From an uncultured Verrucomicrobiales bacterium (GTDB lineage: Bacteria > Verrucomicrobiota > Verrucomicrobiia > Verrucomicrobiales > DEV007), in NCBI GenBank assembly GCA_938091905.1, contig CALKOM010000134.1, forward strand, positions 15,501 to 79,500: DNA of 64,000 nucleotides. Reading direction: 5' to 3'. The stretch's first letter is position 1, and every line of letters begins with the position of its first letter. Shown here piece after piece: positions 8,633-19,406 of the stretch. The translations under genes and the position numbers were made by a program. The notes under the pieces were generated by a model, which did not search any database, was not told where the DNA came from, and saw nothing but the letters and a program-made list of their open reading frames with translations.

Positions 8633-11295
8633 AGCGCCCATCCCTTCAATCGACCCTCGCTTTACTCGCGTTAGTGGTCCTTCTGGTAGCCACGACCTCT
8701 CGAGGTCAAGAGCCGACGCTAATTCAAGACGATCAGATCATGGAATCTCCGCTTGAACAGCCAAGAGATCCTAGCACAGCGGCCACAGAGCCTCTTCCTG
8801 AAATCGAAGAAGGCCAAACACAGCCTTTACCCGAGACGACCACAACACCAAACGGGGAGTCGCCAGCTCCACCAGCAGAAGAATCTCCTGAGACTTCAGA
8901 CGACACGATCAAGTTTGACCCTAGCAAATCAGTTGTTCGACCCGCCAAGGTTAGACCGAAAGCTCCCCGGGCCCCGGTCAGGGTCCCGCCTGCGCCAAAG
9001 CACTCTGCCAATCCAGAAGCTGACCTCTTCGAACATGCCCAACTCGTGGCCAAGTACGAACTCTGGCCACAAGCTGAGAGACAGTACCGCATCTATCTGG
9101 AAACCTACCCTCACAAACCGAACGCTCAGGCCGCTTACTATGGACTAGCTGAAGCTCGAATGAAACTGGGTAAGCTAGCTGAGTCCGAAGCGACTTACCG
9201 AATGCTGCTATCGAGGTTCAAACGTGGAGAGCATGTCGGTGCCGCAGCCTACCGGCTGGGGTACATCCACTGGGAACGCCAAGAATACGATATCGCCGTA
9301 GGCAACTTCGAAATCGCCAGCCGCACAGCCACAAAAGATCTTGTGAGGAAATCAGCCTCTTATTTCCGTGCTCAGTGCCTCCAGCAACTTGGAAATCTCC
9401 GCCGTGCTGAAGAGCTCTTTCTAAAACTCGCCTCCGATCCTGAAGACCACAAATACCGCGACGCCTCAGCCATTATGCTAGCTCGAATAGACGTCGAGAA
9501 GAACAAGTTTCAGCAGGCCTACGAAACCTTCTCGAAGCTATCCAAACCGCCCACACCGCCGAAGATTCGCGCTGAGGCCGTGACCAAAGCCGGACTGATG
9601 GCAGCCAAGTTGGGCATGCAAACAGAGGCCCAGCAGTATTACGAAGAAATCCTCGCAGTAGAAACCCAGGACGCCACTCCCTGGCATCCCAAGGCTTTCT
9701 GGGGGCTTCTCCACCTTTTCTATGAGCAAGGGAACTACCAGGAGCTTATCGATCAGTTCCAAAGCCGGCGGATCTCCTACAACAACAGTCATACTGGCCT
9801 CGAAGACCAGGCACCTGTGATGCTCATGGTCGCTCATGCTTTTCGCCGCCTTGAGAAATATCGGCAGGCCGCTTCACTCTACGACCAATCGGTTAGGCTG
9901 AACCCCGATGCCAAGGAAGCAAGAGAGGCCGGCTATCGACACCTCTACTGTCTCTACAAAGACAAGAGCCCCTTCCTGGATGCGAAAACCCGCGACTACC
10001 TAATAAAACAACGCCAGAAAGGCATTGGCCATCAGTATTATCACTTGGCGCTGCTCTTACAGGCTGAGTCTCTCTTTGGTCGTAAGCAGAAGACCAGCAA
10101 GACTTACAAGGAAGCAGCAGATGCCTACGCCGCGATCAACCTAGAAATGATTCCTGAAAAGTATCACGGAATGGTCATGTACAAGCTGGGATGGGCTCAG
10201 ACGGAAGCCGGCATGCACGGCAAGGGTATCCAGTCTTTCTACACGTTCTCGACGAAGTATGGAGAACAGTATCCGGATCTACTTCCTAAAGTTCTTGCGA
10301 AACGGGGCGAAGCGTTTCGCAAAGGAAAAGACTACCGCAGCGCTGTGAAAGACTTCGATGCCCTCATCGCTACGAATGCGGACGAGAATCTCGTCTATCT
10401 TGCGCTGCAACAAAAAGCCCTCATCCAGGTAGAGCTGGAGAACCGCCCCGAAACAATCAAGACCTTCACAGCTCTTCTAAATCGTTTCCCCGATGGTCAA
10501 GGTACCTCAGAAGCCTACTTCTTCATCGGCGATGCTTACTACAAGCAAAGCGAGTTTGAAGAATGTGTCGAACCCCTATCCAAAGCGCGCGAACTTGACG
10601 GGGACACCTACACGATTCCGAGCACACAGCGTATCATCGTCGCCCATTGGCGCTTGGGGGACTCTGACAATGCAGCCAAACAAGTGGATCTCCTTCTTGC
10701 AAGGGATCCCAAGACAAATCTTATCCCGCCGAAGCTATGGCTCTGGTTAGGTACTCGCTTCTTTCAACAAGATAGGTTTGAGGCTTCGGCACGTTACCTG
10801 AAGCAAGTGGCCAAACCCGACGCTCCAAAAGACACGTGGCCATTGGCATGGAGCTTCCTCGGGCGAGCCTACCTCAACTCGGGCAAATACGAAGAATCTC
10901 TTGCGCCGTTCGACCACTATCTAGCCACTGAACCAACCTCTGATGAGCGCGCAAAAGCCTTGCTTCAAAAAGCCACCGCGCTGAGTAAGACCGGCAAATT
11001 GAAAGAGGCCCAAGCTGCAGCGGAAGAAGTTCAGCAACTGCAGAAACAGGGCCGTACTTACGGCCAAGCTTGGATCTTATTGGGAGACATCGCCATGGCA
11101 CAAAGCGAGCACGAGAAAGCCTCCAAGTATTACGTCATCCCTAGCAGGATGTTTAAAGATCCCCTCGTCACGCCCATCGCCATCGAGAAAGCCGCCGTCG
11201 CTTTTGATAAGATGGGTGAAGCCCAACGCGCCGCAGACCTCAGGCGCAAGCTACGCGAAGACTGGCCCACCTATCAGACGGCAACAGATTCCTAA
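8629..11295 (+). CDS. Large exported TPR-repeat protein with Pro/Glu-rich N-terminal linker
   Basis: Signal peptide, PTE-rich region and many TPR-like repeats (AYYGLAEA, AAYRLG, AYFFIGDAYY). ATGA overlap with exbD. Confidence 0.85.
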   Translation: MKRPSLQSTLALLALVVLLVATTSRGQEPTLIQDDQIMESPLEQPRDPSTAATEPLPEIEEGQTQPLPETTTTPNGESPAPPAEESPETSDDTIKFDPSKSVVRPAKVRPKAPRAPVRVPPAPKHSANPEADLFEHAQLVAKYELWPQAERQYRIYLETYPHKPNAQAAYYGLAEARMKLGKLAESEATYRMLLSRFKRGEHVGAAAYRLGYIHWERQEYDIAVGNFEIASRTATKDLVRKSASYFRAQCLQQLGNLRRAEELFLKLASDPEDHKYRDASAIMLARIDVEKNKFQQAYETFSKLSKPPTPPKIRAEAVTKAGLMAAKLGMQTEAQQYYEEILAVETQDATPWHPKAFWGLLHLFYEQGNYQELIDQFQSRRISYNNSHTGLEDQAPVMLMVAHAFRRLEKYRQAASLYDQSVRLNPDAKEAREAGYRHLYCLYKDKSPFLDAKTRDYLIKQRQKGIGHQYYHLALLLQAESLFGRKQKTSKTYKEAADAYAAINLEMIPEKYHGMVMYKLGWAQTEAGMHGKGIQSFYTFSTKYGEQYPDLLPKVLAKRGEAFRKGKDYRSAVKDFDALIATNADENLVYLALQQKALIQVELENRPETIKTFTALLNRFPDGQGTSEAYFFIGDAYYKQSEFEECVEPLSKARELDGDTYTIPSTQRIIVAHWRLGDSDNAAKQVDLLLARDPKTNLIPPKLWLWLGTRFFQQDRFEASARYLKQVAKPDAPKDTWPLAWSFLGRAYLNSGKYEESLAPFDHYLATEPTSDERAKALLQKATALSKTGKLKEAQAAAEEVQQLQKQGRTYGQAWILLGDIAMAQSEHEKASKYYVIPSRMFKDPLVTPIAIEKAAVAFDKMGEAQRAADLRRKLREDWPTYQTATDS

Positions 11296-11307
11296 GGGCA
11301 GACCTCC

Positions 11308-11321
11308 TACAAACGGCAACA
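11308..11321 (+). promoter_or_regulatory. Putative OmpR-family (RstA-box-like) binding site
   Basis: TACA-aacggc-AACA, one mismatch from TACA-N6-TACA, 45 nt upstream of the response regulator. Confidence 0.3.
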
Positions 11322-11366
11322 AATTCCTTCCCGACAACGCGTGACTCCAGTCTAAGGTAATTTGCC

Positions 11367-12083
11367 ATGGAAGAGCGCGACACGAAGAAGCCGAGAATTC
11401 TGCTGGTCGAGGATGATTTAAAACTAGCTGCCCTGGTTAAAGAATATCTTGAGAGCGACCAATTCGAGGTGGACGTCGAAACCCGCGGCGATACCGCAGC
11501 CAATCGTATTCTAACAGACAAGCACGACCTCGTTATTCTCGATGTCATGCTGCCAGGGTTGGACGGCTTTGAGGTATGCAAACGAGTCCGCCCAGACTTT
11601 GACGGGCCGATCCTCATGTTAACCGCTCGAAGCGAAGAGGTCGATGAAGTCATCGGCCTAGAGATGGGGGCAGACGACTACATGAGTAAGCCAGTCCGCC
11701 CCCGGCTCCTCCTCGCCCGGATGCGGACCCTACTAAGACGAGTCCAACTGAATGAGACACCAGGGACGATTTCGGAAGAGTGCGCACTCATCGAGTTAAC
11801 GGATCTTCAAATAGACGCAACCCAACGAAGCGTGCTTCTGAAAGGCCATCCCATTTACCTAACTACCGCAGAGTTCGATCTCCTCTGGTTCCTAGCTCAA
11901 CGTCCGGGCGAAGTGGTGACCCGAGATCAGATCTTCGAGAAAGTGATCGGCATGCCTTATGATGGTTTGGATCGTTCTGCGGACCTCCGCATCACTCGTC
12001 TACGCAAGAAACTCGGTGATGACGGCAAACAACCTTCCCGTATCAAATCCATCCGCAGCGTGGGCTACCTGCTCGCTCCCTAG
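11367..12083 (+). CDS. OmpR-family response regulator (RstA-like)
   Basis: LLVEDD, ILDVMLPG and GADDYMSKP receiver motifs; winged-helix C-terminus RLRKKL...IRSVGY. Confidence 0.92.
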   Translation: MEERDTKKPRILLVEDDLKLAALVKEYLESDQFEVDVETRGDTAANRILTDKHDLVILDVMLPGLDGFEVCKRVRPDFDGPILMLTARSEEVDEVIGLEMGADDYMSKPVRPRLLLARMRTLLRRVQLNETPGTISEECALIELTDLQIDATQRSVLLKGHPIYLTTAEFDLLWFLAQRPGEVVTRDQIFEKVIGMPYDGLDRSADLRITRLRKKLGDDGKQPSRIKSIRSVGYLLAP

Positions 12084-12085
12084 CT

Positions 12086-13369
12086 ATGACAAGGTTCTAT
12101 CTTCGGATCATCGTAGTCATCTTCCTCGCTATCATGGCTTCGATTATAGCTTTCGTTAGGCTAGCGAAAGTCTGGGAAGAACGCTTCTTCGAACCCAAAG
12201 CGATCAAGCAACTCCATCAGCTTGCAGGCACGCTAGACGAACGGCTCAGGGGAATGGACGAAGCGGAAGCAAAGGCAGCCCTGGAAGAGATCGAGAAAGA
12301 AAGGGGCCTACCCATTCATATCGTGACAGTCGACAATCTCGCTGAAGTTGCGACGAACCGACCGAGTGACAGCAAGACGAAACGTTTGTTTCTTGATCTA
12401 GGCGACAAACCATTCGGTGTCATGATCCAGTCTGACGAGGGCCTGATCAAAGAGTACGAAGAGGACGAGGAACGCTACATGGGCCGCGGCGTCGTCCAAA
12501 TGATACTCATCATCGGCGTCGCAGGGTTCTTCATCGTGCGTCCACTCGTGAAGAAGCTTCGTGTCCAAGAAGCCATTCTAGCAGAAATCGCAGATGGGAA
12601 TCTCAGCGCCCGTGTCGACATCAAAGGAAAGGATGCCCTGGGCCGATTGAGCCAGCGCCTCAACTCCATGGCCGACCGTATTCAGGAACTGTTAGGTTCA
12701 CAACGCCAAATTATCCAAGCCGTTTCTCACGAAATGAGGACACCCACCGCAAGAATCGGATTCGCCCTCGAAATGCTGGCAGAGTCCAAGACCGAGGAGG
12801 ACCGCCAACGTAGGATCGCTTCTCTCAACGAAGACCTCGCGGACATGGACGCGTTGTTGGAAGAGCTCCTCACATTCCTCCGTTTTGAGGATGGAGCCCA
12901 AGCCCTAGACCTCGAATCCCTGAACCTTCTCGCCATGGTGAGCGAAACCGAGCGACGCGTGCAACGGTTCCGCCCTGAGCTCAATATTACCACTCAAACT
13001 CTCCCTGAAGGCATGGCAACACTTGAGGCCCCTGTGAGTCGAAAGTACTTTCCCCGCGTGCTGGAGAATCTTCTCATGAACGCCATGCGGCACGCTAAAA
13101 GCCACATTTCCGTAAAGGTGATCCCAGGAGACTCTCTAGTCGAGATACATATCGATGACGATGGTTTCGGCGTCCCAGACGATCAGAAGGCACGAATCTT
13201 CGAACCATTCGTCCGTCTTGATCCTAGCCGCGATCGCCAGACCGGCGGCACAGGCCTTGGGCTAGCCATCACCAAGCGAATCATCGATCAACATCAAGGC
13301 ACCATCACCGTCTCCAAATCGCCCCTCCAAGGCGCGCGATTCAGCATTCTACTCCCCCAGAAGGCCTGA
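12086..13369 (+). CDS. HAMP-domain sensor histidine kinase (RstB-like)
   Basis: Two TM helices, HAMP domain, H-box VSHEMRTP, N-box NLLMNAMRHA, DDDGFG and GGTGLGL. Confidence 0.92.
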   Translation: MTRFYLRIIVVIFLAIMASIIAFVRLAKVWEERFFEPKAIKQLHQLAGTLDERLRGMDEAEAKAALEEIEKERGLPIHIVTVDNLAEVATNRPSDSKTKRLFLDLGDKPFGVMIQSDEGLIKEYEEDEERYMGRGVVQMILIIGVAGFFIVRPLVKKLRVQEAILAEIADGNLSARVDIKGKDALGRLSQRLNSMADRIQELLGSQRQIIQAVSHEMRTPTARIGFALEMLAESKTEEDRQRRIASLNEDLADMDALLEELLTFLRFEDGAQALDLESLNLLAMVSETERRVQRFRPELNITTQTLPEGMATLEAPVSRKYFPRVLENLLMNAMRHAKSHISVKVIPGDSLVEIHIDDDGFGVPDDQKARIFEPFVRLDPSRDRQTGGTGLGLAITKRIIDQHQGTITVSKSPLQGARFSILLPQKA

Positions 13370-13418
13370 ATTCCGCGAGTGACTTTCGGCCAGCGCCAGG
13401 GTTAGAAAGAGCGCTCCC

Positions 13419-15734
13419 ATGCCAAAAGCGCTCTCAATCCTTCTTTGCCTGCCTTTGCTGTTCCCCTGGACAGTGCAAGGCATCGGTGACTCTGCGGCTT
13501 ACTTTGAGAAACACATTCGCCCGCTATTGATTAAACACTGCTACCAGTGTCACTCTCACGAATCCGGTAAAGCGAAAGGAGGGCTCCAGCTAGACTCGCG
13601 AGAGGGTTGGTCCGAGGGTGGTGACAGTGGTCCAGCCATCACACCGGGAGAACCAAGTCATAGTCTACTTCTTAAGGCAGTCAGCTACAAGAATACCGAC
13701 CTCCAGATGCCACCGGAGAAACGATTATCTACCAGTGATCGAGACCACCTCTTTGAGTGGATCGCACAAGGTGCCTATGACCCAAGGGAAGCTCCGACAT
13801 CGAACTCGAAACCTGAGAGCAACGTGGTCACCAGTGATTTCTGGTCTTTCCGCCCCATTGAGAAGTCTCAGAAGCCACCCAAAAATAACGGTGGCGATTG
13901 GAGCCACGGCCCCGTGGATCAGTTTCTTGCCAAAGAACACCAAGCCGAAGGGATTAAGCCTGCTCCAGACGCTGACATTCACACAGCACTGCGTCGACTT
14001 TGGGTCGTACTCACTGGCCTACCTCCGTCGCCCGATGAAATCGATGTGTTTCTCAACGACGACTCTGTCAATGCGTGGGAACGGCAAACGGACAGGCTTC
14101 TCGCGTCGCCTCGTTATGGAGAACACTGGGGTAGACACTGGCTCGATGTGACTCGTTTCGCCGAGTCCAGCGGCGGTGGCCGCAGCCTGATGTTTAAGGA
14201 AGCCTGGCGATTCCGAGACTACGTCATCGACGCCTTCAATGAGGACATCCCTCACAACGATCTCATTCGCGAACATCTCGCCGGCGACATACTCTTTCAA
14301 CAGGACCCCTTAAACGCTCCACGCCAGAGTGAGCGTCTTGTCGCCACCGGCTTCCTCGCGCTTGGCCCAACAAACTACGAACTCCAAGACAAAGAACTGC
14401 TTCGCATGGAGGTCATCGATGAACAGATCGACACCATGGGAAGAGCCTTCCTTGGCATGACGCTCGGGTGCGCAAGATGTCATGATCACAAATTCGATCC
14501 CGTTTCCACTGAGGAATACTACGCCCTCGCCGGGATCTTTCGAAGCACGAAGACCATCACTCCTGGCAATGTATCAGGTTTCGTAGAAACTCCGCTGCCT
14601 GGCCCCGGATACGCGGCGCAATTAAGCTACGAACGCGAACTTGAGAAACGCCGCGCTCAACTTGCGTTCGCCGAACGCAAGAACAAGGCACAGGCCAAGA
14701 AACTAAAGAAAGCGATTGAAGCCTTTAAAAAGACGGCTCCCCCCAGTCGGCCCAAAGTAATGTCCGTAAGTGAGGAGGATCCGAAAGAGATTGCCGATTG
14801 TCATGTCCATATCCGTGGCGCCATTCGAAACCTGGGCAAACCCGTCAAGCGCGGCTTCCTGATCGCAGCCACACCAAAGGGTCAGTCACCACATCCCCAG
14901 CTTAAGGCAACCGCTAGTGGCCGACAGGCGCTTTCAGATTGGCTCACTCACTCTGGCAATCCTCTGACCACGCGGGTGTATGTGAACCGGCTCTGGCATC
15001 ACGTCTTTGGCCAAGGACTCGTCCGCACGGTCGACAACTTTGGACGTACGGGAGAGACGCCGTCCCACCCTGAGTTGCTTGATTACCTGGCCTCTGAATT
15101 TCAAACGACCGGTGCATGGTCCACCAAGCGCCTCGTGCGTGACCTCGTCATCTCTAAGGCATTTCTGTTGGGTTCGAATTACGGGGCCGAGTCCGGAGAT
15201 CCAGAGAACCGTCTCCTCGCCCGTGCGCATTCTCGCGCACTATCCGCTGAGAGCTTGCGCGATGCCATCCTCCAAATCGCAGGCGATCTTGATCTCGCCG
15301 TTGGCGGACTAACGATTAGCAAATTCAGCGCTTATGACAACGGCTACAAGTTTGGCAAGTTTCGCAGACGCGCTGTTTACGCGCCGGCGTTTCGCAATGC
15401 GCGCCTAGAAATACTCAATCTATTTGATGCTGCCAATCCCAACATGACCCAGGGACGTCGAACCAGAACTACCTTGGCCACCCAAGCCCTGTTTCTAATG
15501 AACAGCCCCCTTGTCATCGCCCAGGCGGAGGCTGTCGCTACACAGCTAGCCGACGTGCACAAGAGCCCAATTACCCGCCTCGAGGCCGCGTACAGACACA
15601 TTCTCAGCCGCGGCCCCACCTCCCAAGAGCGCGAAGTTGCCTTGACTTACCTAGCCGAATCATCGGACGATCAAGCTTGGACCGCCTTAATTCAGACTCT
15701 CTTCGCTTCCGTCGATTTCCGTAATCTCCACTAA
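13419..15734 (+). CDS. Planctomycete cytochrome c / DUF1549 + DUF1553 (PSD1) protein
   Basis: CYQCH, WGRHWLDVTRFAES, CARCHDHKFDP, RVYVNRLWHHVFGQG and PSHPELLDYLA. Confidence 0.92.
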   Translation: MPKALSILLCLPLLFPWTVQGIGDSAAYFEKHIRPLLIKHCYQCHSHESGKAKGGLQLDSREGWSEGGDSGPAITPGEPSHSLLLKAVSYKNTDLQMPPEKRLSTSDRDHLFEWIAQGAYDPREAPTSNSKPESNVVTSDFWSFRPIEKSQKPPKNNGGDWSHGPVDQFLAKEHQAEGIKPAPDADIHTALRRLWVVLTGLPPSPDEIDVFLNDDSVNAWERQTDRLLASPRYGEHWGRHWLDVTRFAESSGGGRSLMFKEAWRFRDYVIDAFNEDIPHNDLIREHLAGDILFQQDPLNAPRQSERLVATGFLALGPTNYELQDKELLRMEVIDEQIDTMGRAFLGMTLGCARCHDHKFDPVSTEEYYALAGIFRSTKTITPGNVSGFVETPLPGPGYAAQLSYERELEKRRAQLAFAERKNKAQAKKLKKAIEAFKKTAPPSRPKVMSVSEEDPKEIADCHVHIRGAIRNLGKPVKRGFLIAATPKGQSPHPQLKATASGRQALSDWLTHSGNPLTTRVYVNRLWHHVFGQGLVRTVDNFGRTGETPSHPELLDYLASEFQTTGAWSTKRLVRDLVISKAFLLGSNYGAESGDPENRLLARAHSRALSAESLRDAILQIAGDLDLAVGGLTISKFSAYDNGYKFGKFRRRAVYAPAFRNARLEILNLFDAANPNMTQGRRTRTTLATQALFLMNSPLVIAQAEAVATQLADVHKSPITRLEAAYRHILSRGPTSQEREVALTYLAESSDDQAWTALIQTLFASVDFRNLH

Positions 15735-15735
15735 C

Positions 15736-17148
15736 ATGTCTTTCGCTCAGCCAACCCGTCGCCAGATGCTCCAACAGGTTTCCTGTGGATTCGGCGGCCT
15801 CGCGCTCGCAGGACTCTGTCAGGGCAAAGCCAGTCCGCTGTCACCGCGCCTCGGCCCAGGCCAAGCCAAGGCCAAGCGCGTCATCTTCATCTTCATGCAA
15901 GGCGGCCCCAGCCAGGTCGACTCGTTTGACTACAAGCCTGAGCTCGAGAAATCTCACGGCAAAGATTACGACTTCGTCGGCGTCCGCTTTGGCACGTTTG
16001 GTCAGGCGAGCAAACGAAAGTTGATGAAGCCGTTATGGGATTTCCATCAACGAGGACAAACGGGCCGCTGGGTGTCTGACCTCTTCCCAGAGATTGGCAA
16101 GCATGTGGATGATCTCTGTTTCCTCCACGGCATGCACACAGAAGGCGTGGCCCACGGTCCCTCCACGCTCTTCCTCCATACGGGGGCAACCAACCTCGTG
16201 CGCCCATCCATGGGTAGCTGGATCAGCTACGGACTTGGAACAGAGAACCAGAACGTCCCTGGCTTCATCACCATCAATCCCGCTGATAGCAAAGGCGGCC
16301 CTCGCAACTACTCCAACGCCTTCCTCCCGGCCGTGCATCAAGGCACCGCTATCGGCAGCGCCGGTCAGTCGGCCAAGAACGCACGTTTCCGTAACATCGT
16401 GAACCAACATTGGGAACACGATGTCCAACAACGGCAGTTCGCTCTGCTTCAGTCCCTGAATCGAGCTCAACAGGCCCAGCGACCGTCTGCCGTCGCCAAT
16501 GATCCAACGGAGGCCATGATCGAGTCCTACGAACTCGCCTGGCGCATGCAGATGAACGCCCCGGGCCTCACCGATCTCTCGTCAGAAGATCCTAACACAC
16601 TTGCTAACTATGGCATCGGGGAGAAGGCCACGGACGACTTCGGCCGCCAATGCCTCCTCGCCCGACGCATGGCCGAGGAAGGCGTCCGCTTCATCCAGGT
16701 CAACTACTCAGACGAATCCCCCACCCCGCGTTGGGACCAACATAGCAATATGCCCAAGCACCTGGAGCACGCGCGAGCCACCGACAAACCGGTAGCCGGT
16801 TTGTTAGCCGACTTAAAAGCGCGAGGCCTCCTAGAAGACACCCTAGTCTGGTGGGGCGGCGAATTCGGACGCACCCCATTCTCACAGAACAACGACGGCC
16901 GCGACCACAACCCACGCGGCTTCACAGTCTGGCTCGCTGGCGGCGGCGTAAAAGCAGGCCTCGCCTACGGCTCCACGGACGAACTAGGCGACACCGCCGT
17001 CGACGGTCGCATCCACATGCACGACCTCCACGCCACGATTCTCCACCAGCTAGGCCTCGATCACGAGCAGCTTACCTACCGCTACGCTGGACGAGACTTC
17101 CGCCTAACAGATGTGCACGGCAAAGTCGTACACGAGATCCTCGCTTAG
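15736..17148 (+). CDS. DUF1501 domain protein (Tat signal)
   Basis: TRRQML Tat motif; FMQGGPSQVD, GEFGRTP, GRDHNP and DLHATIL; canonical partner of DUF1553 genes. Confidence 0.92.
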   Translation: MSFAQPTRRQMLQQVSCGFGGLALAGLCQGKASPLSPRLGPGQAKAKRVIFIFMQGGPSQVDSFDYKPELEKSHGKDYDFVGVRFGTFGQASKRKLMKPLWDFHQRGQTGRWVSDLFPEIGKHVDDLCFLHGMHTEGVAHGPSTLFLHTGATNLVRPSMGSWISYGLGTENQNVPGFITINPADSKGGPRNYSNAFLPAVHQGTAIGSAGQSAKNARFRNIVNQHWEHDVQQRQFALLQSLNRAQQAQRPSAVANDPTEAMIESYELAWRMQMNAPGLTDLSSEDPNTLANYGIGEKATDDFGRQCLLARRMAEEGVRFIQVNYSDESPTPRWDQHSNMPKHLEHARATDKPVAGLLADLKARGLLEDTLVWWGGEFGRTPFSQNNDGRDHNPRGFTVWLAGGGVKAGLAYGSTDELGDTAVDGRIHMHDLHATILHQLGLDHEQLTYRYAGRDFRLTDVHGKVVHEILA

Positions 17149-18230
17149 TTCTCTTCATGGAAGTAGATCTTCACGAACTTCATGTGCTTATCGTCATCAA
17201 AGCCGCGTTCTAGAAACAACTCGGACTGCTTCACGAAACCGCTGGAAAAGCGTATGTCCGCTCCAGTATCTAGCTTGAGCCTTGCCTTGAGACGTTTCTT
17301 GGCTTTCTGCGCAGCATCTTTGACCACTTCAAACTTGTCGTCCAGCTCTTGGCCATGTTCGTCTTCGTACTCGGCTTTAAAACTATCAAACTGCTCAATG
17401 AGCTCAGGTTCTTCTAGGGCCGTCTTTTTGAAATCGTCGAGTTCGAACTCCCGATTCTCTTCCATATAGTCGAAAGCTCGATTGGCAATCTCGACTCGTT
17501 GCTCTCCCTTCACTTCATCGGGCAGGCCTTTCTCGGCAAAGGCCACGCACATCTCTGAGTAACGGCGCGTGTGATAGTCATCGCCATCAGACGGCTGCAC
17601 GCCGAGAAAGTCACGAATCCAGAATTGAGTCCCTCCACCCGTTTTATCGAAAACGTAGACGAGATAACCCTCGTCCACTTTGCTATTCACAATGAGACAG
17701 CCTTTGTCTATCTTGTCAGGATAAATACCCTCCTGCGTGACCAAGCAAAGATCGTCGTCCTTCACCGCGATCTGCAGAAACGGCACCTTACTCTCGGATT
17801 TGATGATACAAAGGCCCTGAGTCGGCTCGCCATTGACGATCAAGTTTTCTAGCAAGCCCACACACAAGTCACCAGACTTGATATTCGGATGGCGAGACTC
17901 CGTGTAAAGGTGTTGGGCAATCTCACTGCTTCGCGCCAGCAACTCTTCTTTGTTCTCGAAGATGGCCTTGGCATGCCCATAAACCGCATTCGCCTCCAAC
18001 ACGGCAAACTGATGAAGCTCCAAAGAACGAAAGGACTTGAGAAAACAAATCGTCAGAAGTTCCGCCTCTTCTTCGTCAAAGTGACACAGCTGCTTCGATG
18101 TTTGCAGGGGTTCTTCTCGAAGTTGATTGCCCACTTTGGCCAGGCCCATGCTGGTGAGATGAGCATCTTTCAAGTGAACGGTGGAAGGCATAGAAATGAG
18201 GATCGCTGGGTTGAGGACGGGCGCTATCAT
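17145..18230 (-). CDS. Nucleoid-associated protein (NdpA/YejK, NA37-like)
   Basis: SRHPNIKSGDL, KIDKGCLI, FW..DFL and LKLDTG motifs. Start may be 18191. Confidence 0.75.
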   Translation of the reverse strand: MIAPVLNPAILISMPSTVHLKDAHLTSMGLAKVGNQLREEPLQTSKQLCHFDEEEAELLTICFLKSFRSLELHQFAVLEANAVYGHAKAIFENKEELLARSSEIAQHLYTESRHPNIKSGDLCVGLLENLIVNGEPTQGLCIIKSESKVPFLQIAVKDDDLCLVTQEGIYPDKIDKGCLIVNSKVDEGYLVYVFDKTGGGTQFWIRDFLGVQPSDGDDYHTRRYSEMCVAFAEKGLPDEVKGEQRVEIANRAFDYMEENREFELDDFKKTALEEPELIEQFDSFKAEYEDEHGQELDDKFEVVKDAAQKAKKRLKARLKLDTGADIRFSSGFVKQSELFLERGFDDDKHMKFVKIYFHEEN

Positions 18231-18323
18231 GCATCAAGTTGGCGGTTGATCCAACGCCCATCTGCAATCAACGACCCGTTTTTAGTTGAGTCTCTAGAAG
18301 CACCTCCGTAAATTTTCTCTACA

Positions 18324-19406
18324 ATGAATCGACGCCAGTTTCTCACCTCTGCCACGACCACTGCAGCCACTCTAGGATCTAGCCGCATCGCACTTGCTGC
18401 TGATGGCCAGAAGGCTCCGCTCAAGTTGGGATTCGACAATTTCTCCATCCGCGACCTCGGCTGGAAGGCAGACAAACTGCTTGATTACGCATCCGAGCAG
18501 AAAGTCGACACTATCCTCTTCTCAGACCTCGATGTCTACGAGAGCCATGACGAAGCCTACCTCAAAGATTTGAAAGCGAAAGCCGATGGACTTGGCCTTG
18601 AGATTCAGGCCGGCACTGGAGGCATCTGCCCGAGCGCGACGCGCTTCAATGACAAATGGGGCACTGCCGAAGAGCACTTGAAACTTACTCTCAAAGTTGC
18701 CCATACTCTAGGCTCGAAGGCAGCTCGATGTTACCAAGGCTTTAGTGGTGATCGCAAATCAGAAGGCGGCCTTGCCGCACGAATGAAAGACACGGTCAAG
18801 GTCTGTAAAGCGGTTGAAGACTACGCGAAGGAAGTAGGTGTGAAGATCGCCATCGAAAATCATGCCGGCGACATGCAAGGCTGGCAACTTCGCGACCTGA
18901 TCGAGGAGGCTGGCGCTGACTATGTCGGCGCTACGATCGATTCCGGCAATGCCACGTGGACATTGGAAGATCCGTTAATCAATTTGGAGACCCTGGCCCC
19001 CTATGTGGTATCGTCAGGGATCCGTGATTCGATGGTGTGGGAAACAGAGAATGGAGCTGCGGTACAATGGACGTCTATGGGCGATGGCAACGCCGATATG
19101 AAGACGTATGTCGCACGTTTTGCCGAACTCTGCCCAGACGCGCCTCTCCAACTAGAAATCATTTCCGGCTTTGCGAAGAACTTTGATTACCTCAATGCCG
19201 ATTTTTGGAATGGTTATGAAGACATTCGTGGACCCGAGTTTGCAAGCTTCCTCAAACTCGCCAAGAGCGGCAAAGCCATGGCACCGTTTAAACCCGCAGA
19301 CGGTGTCGACAAAGGTAAGGCACAGCAAGACTATCAGAAATCTCAGCTTGAGCGTAGCATTCGCTACTGCAAGGAGACGCTCAAGATTGGCCGCCGCCAA
19401 GCCTAA
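18324..19406 (+). CDS. Tat-exported sugar phosphate isomerase/epimerase
   Basis: MNRRQFL Tat signal; [15 protein letters not shown] and LQLEII motifs. Confidence 0.85.
   Translation: MNRRQFLTSATTTAATLGSSRIALAADGQKAPLKLGFDNFSIRDLGWKADKLLDYASEQKVDTILFSDLDVYESHDEAYLKDLKAKADGLGLEIQAGTGGICPSATRFNDKWGTAEEHLKLTLKVAHTLGSKAARCYQGFSGDRKSEGGLAARMKDTVKVCKAVEDYAKEVGVKIAIENHAGDMQGWQLRDLIEEAGADYVGATIDSGNATWTLEDPLINLETLAPYVVSSGIRDSMVWETENGAAVQWTSMGDGNADMKTYVARFAELCPDAPLQLEIISGFAKNFDYLNADFWNGYEDIRGPEFASFLKLAKSGKAMAPFKPADGVDKGKAQQDYQKSQLERSIRYCKETLKIGRRQA

Noticed and set aside
17145..18230. Nucleoid-associated protein as part of a defence system
   Set aside because: Stand-alone gene among metabolic genes, with no partner effector or defence-island context.
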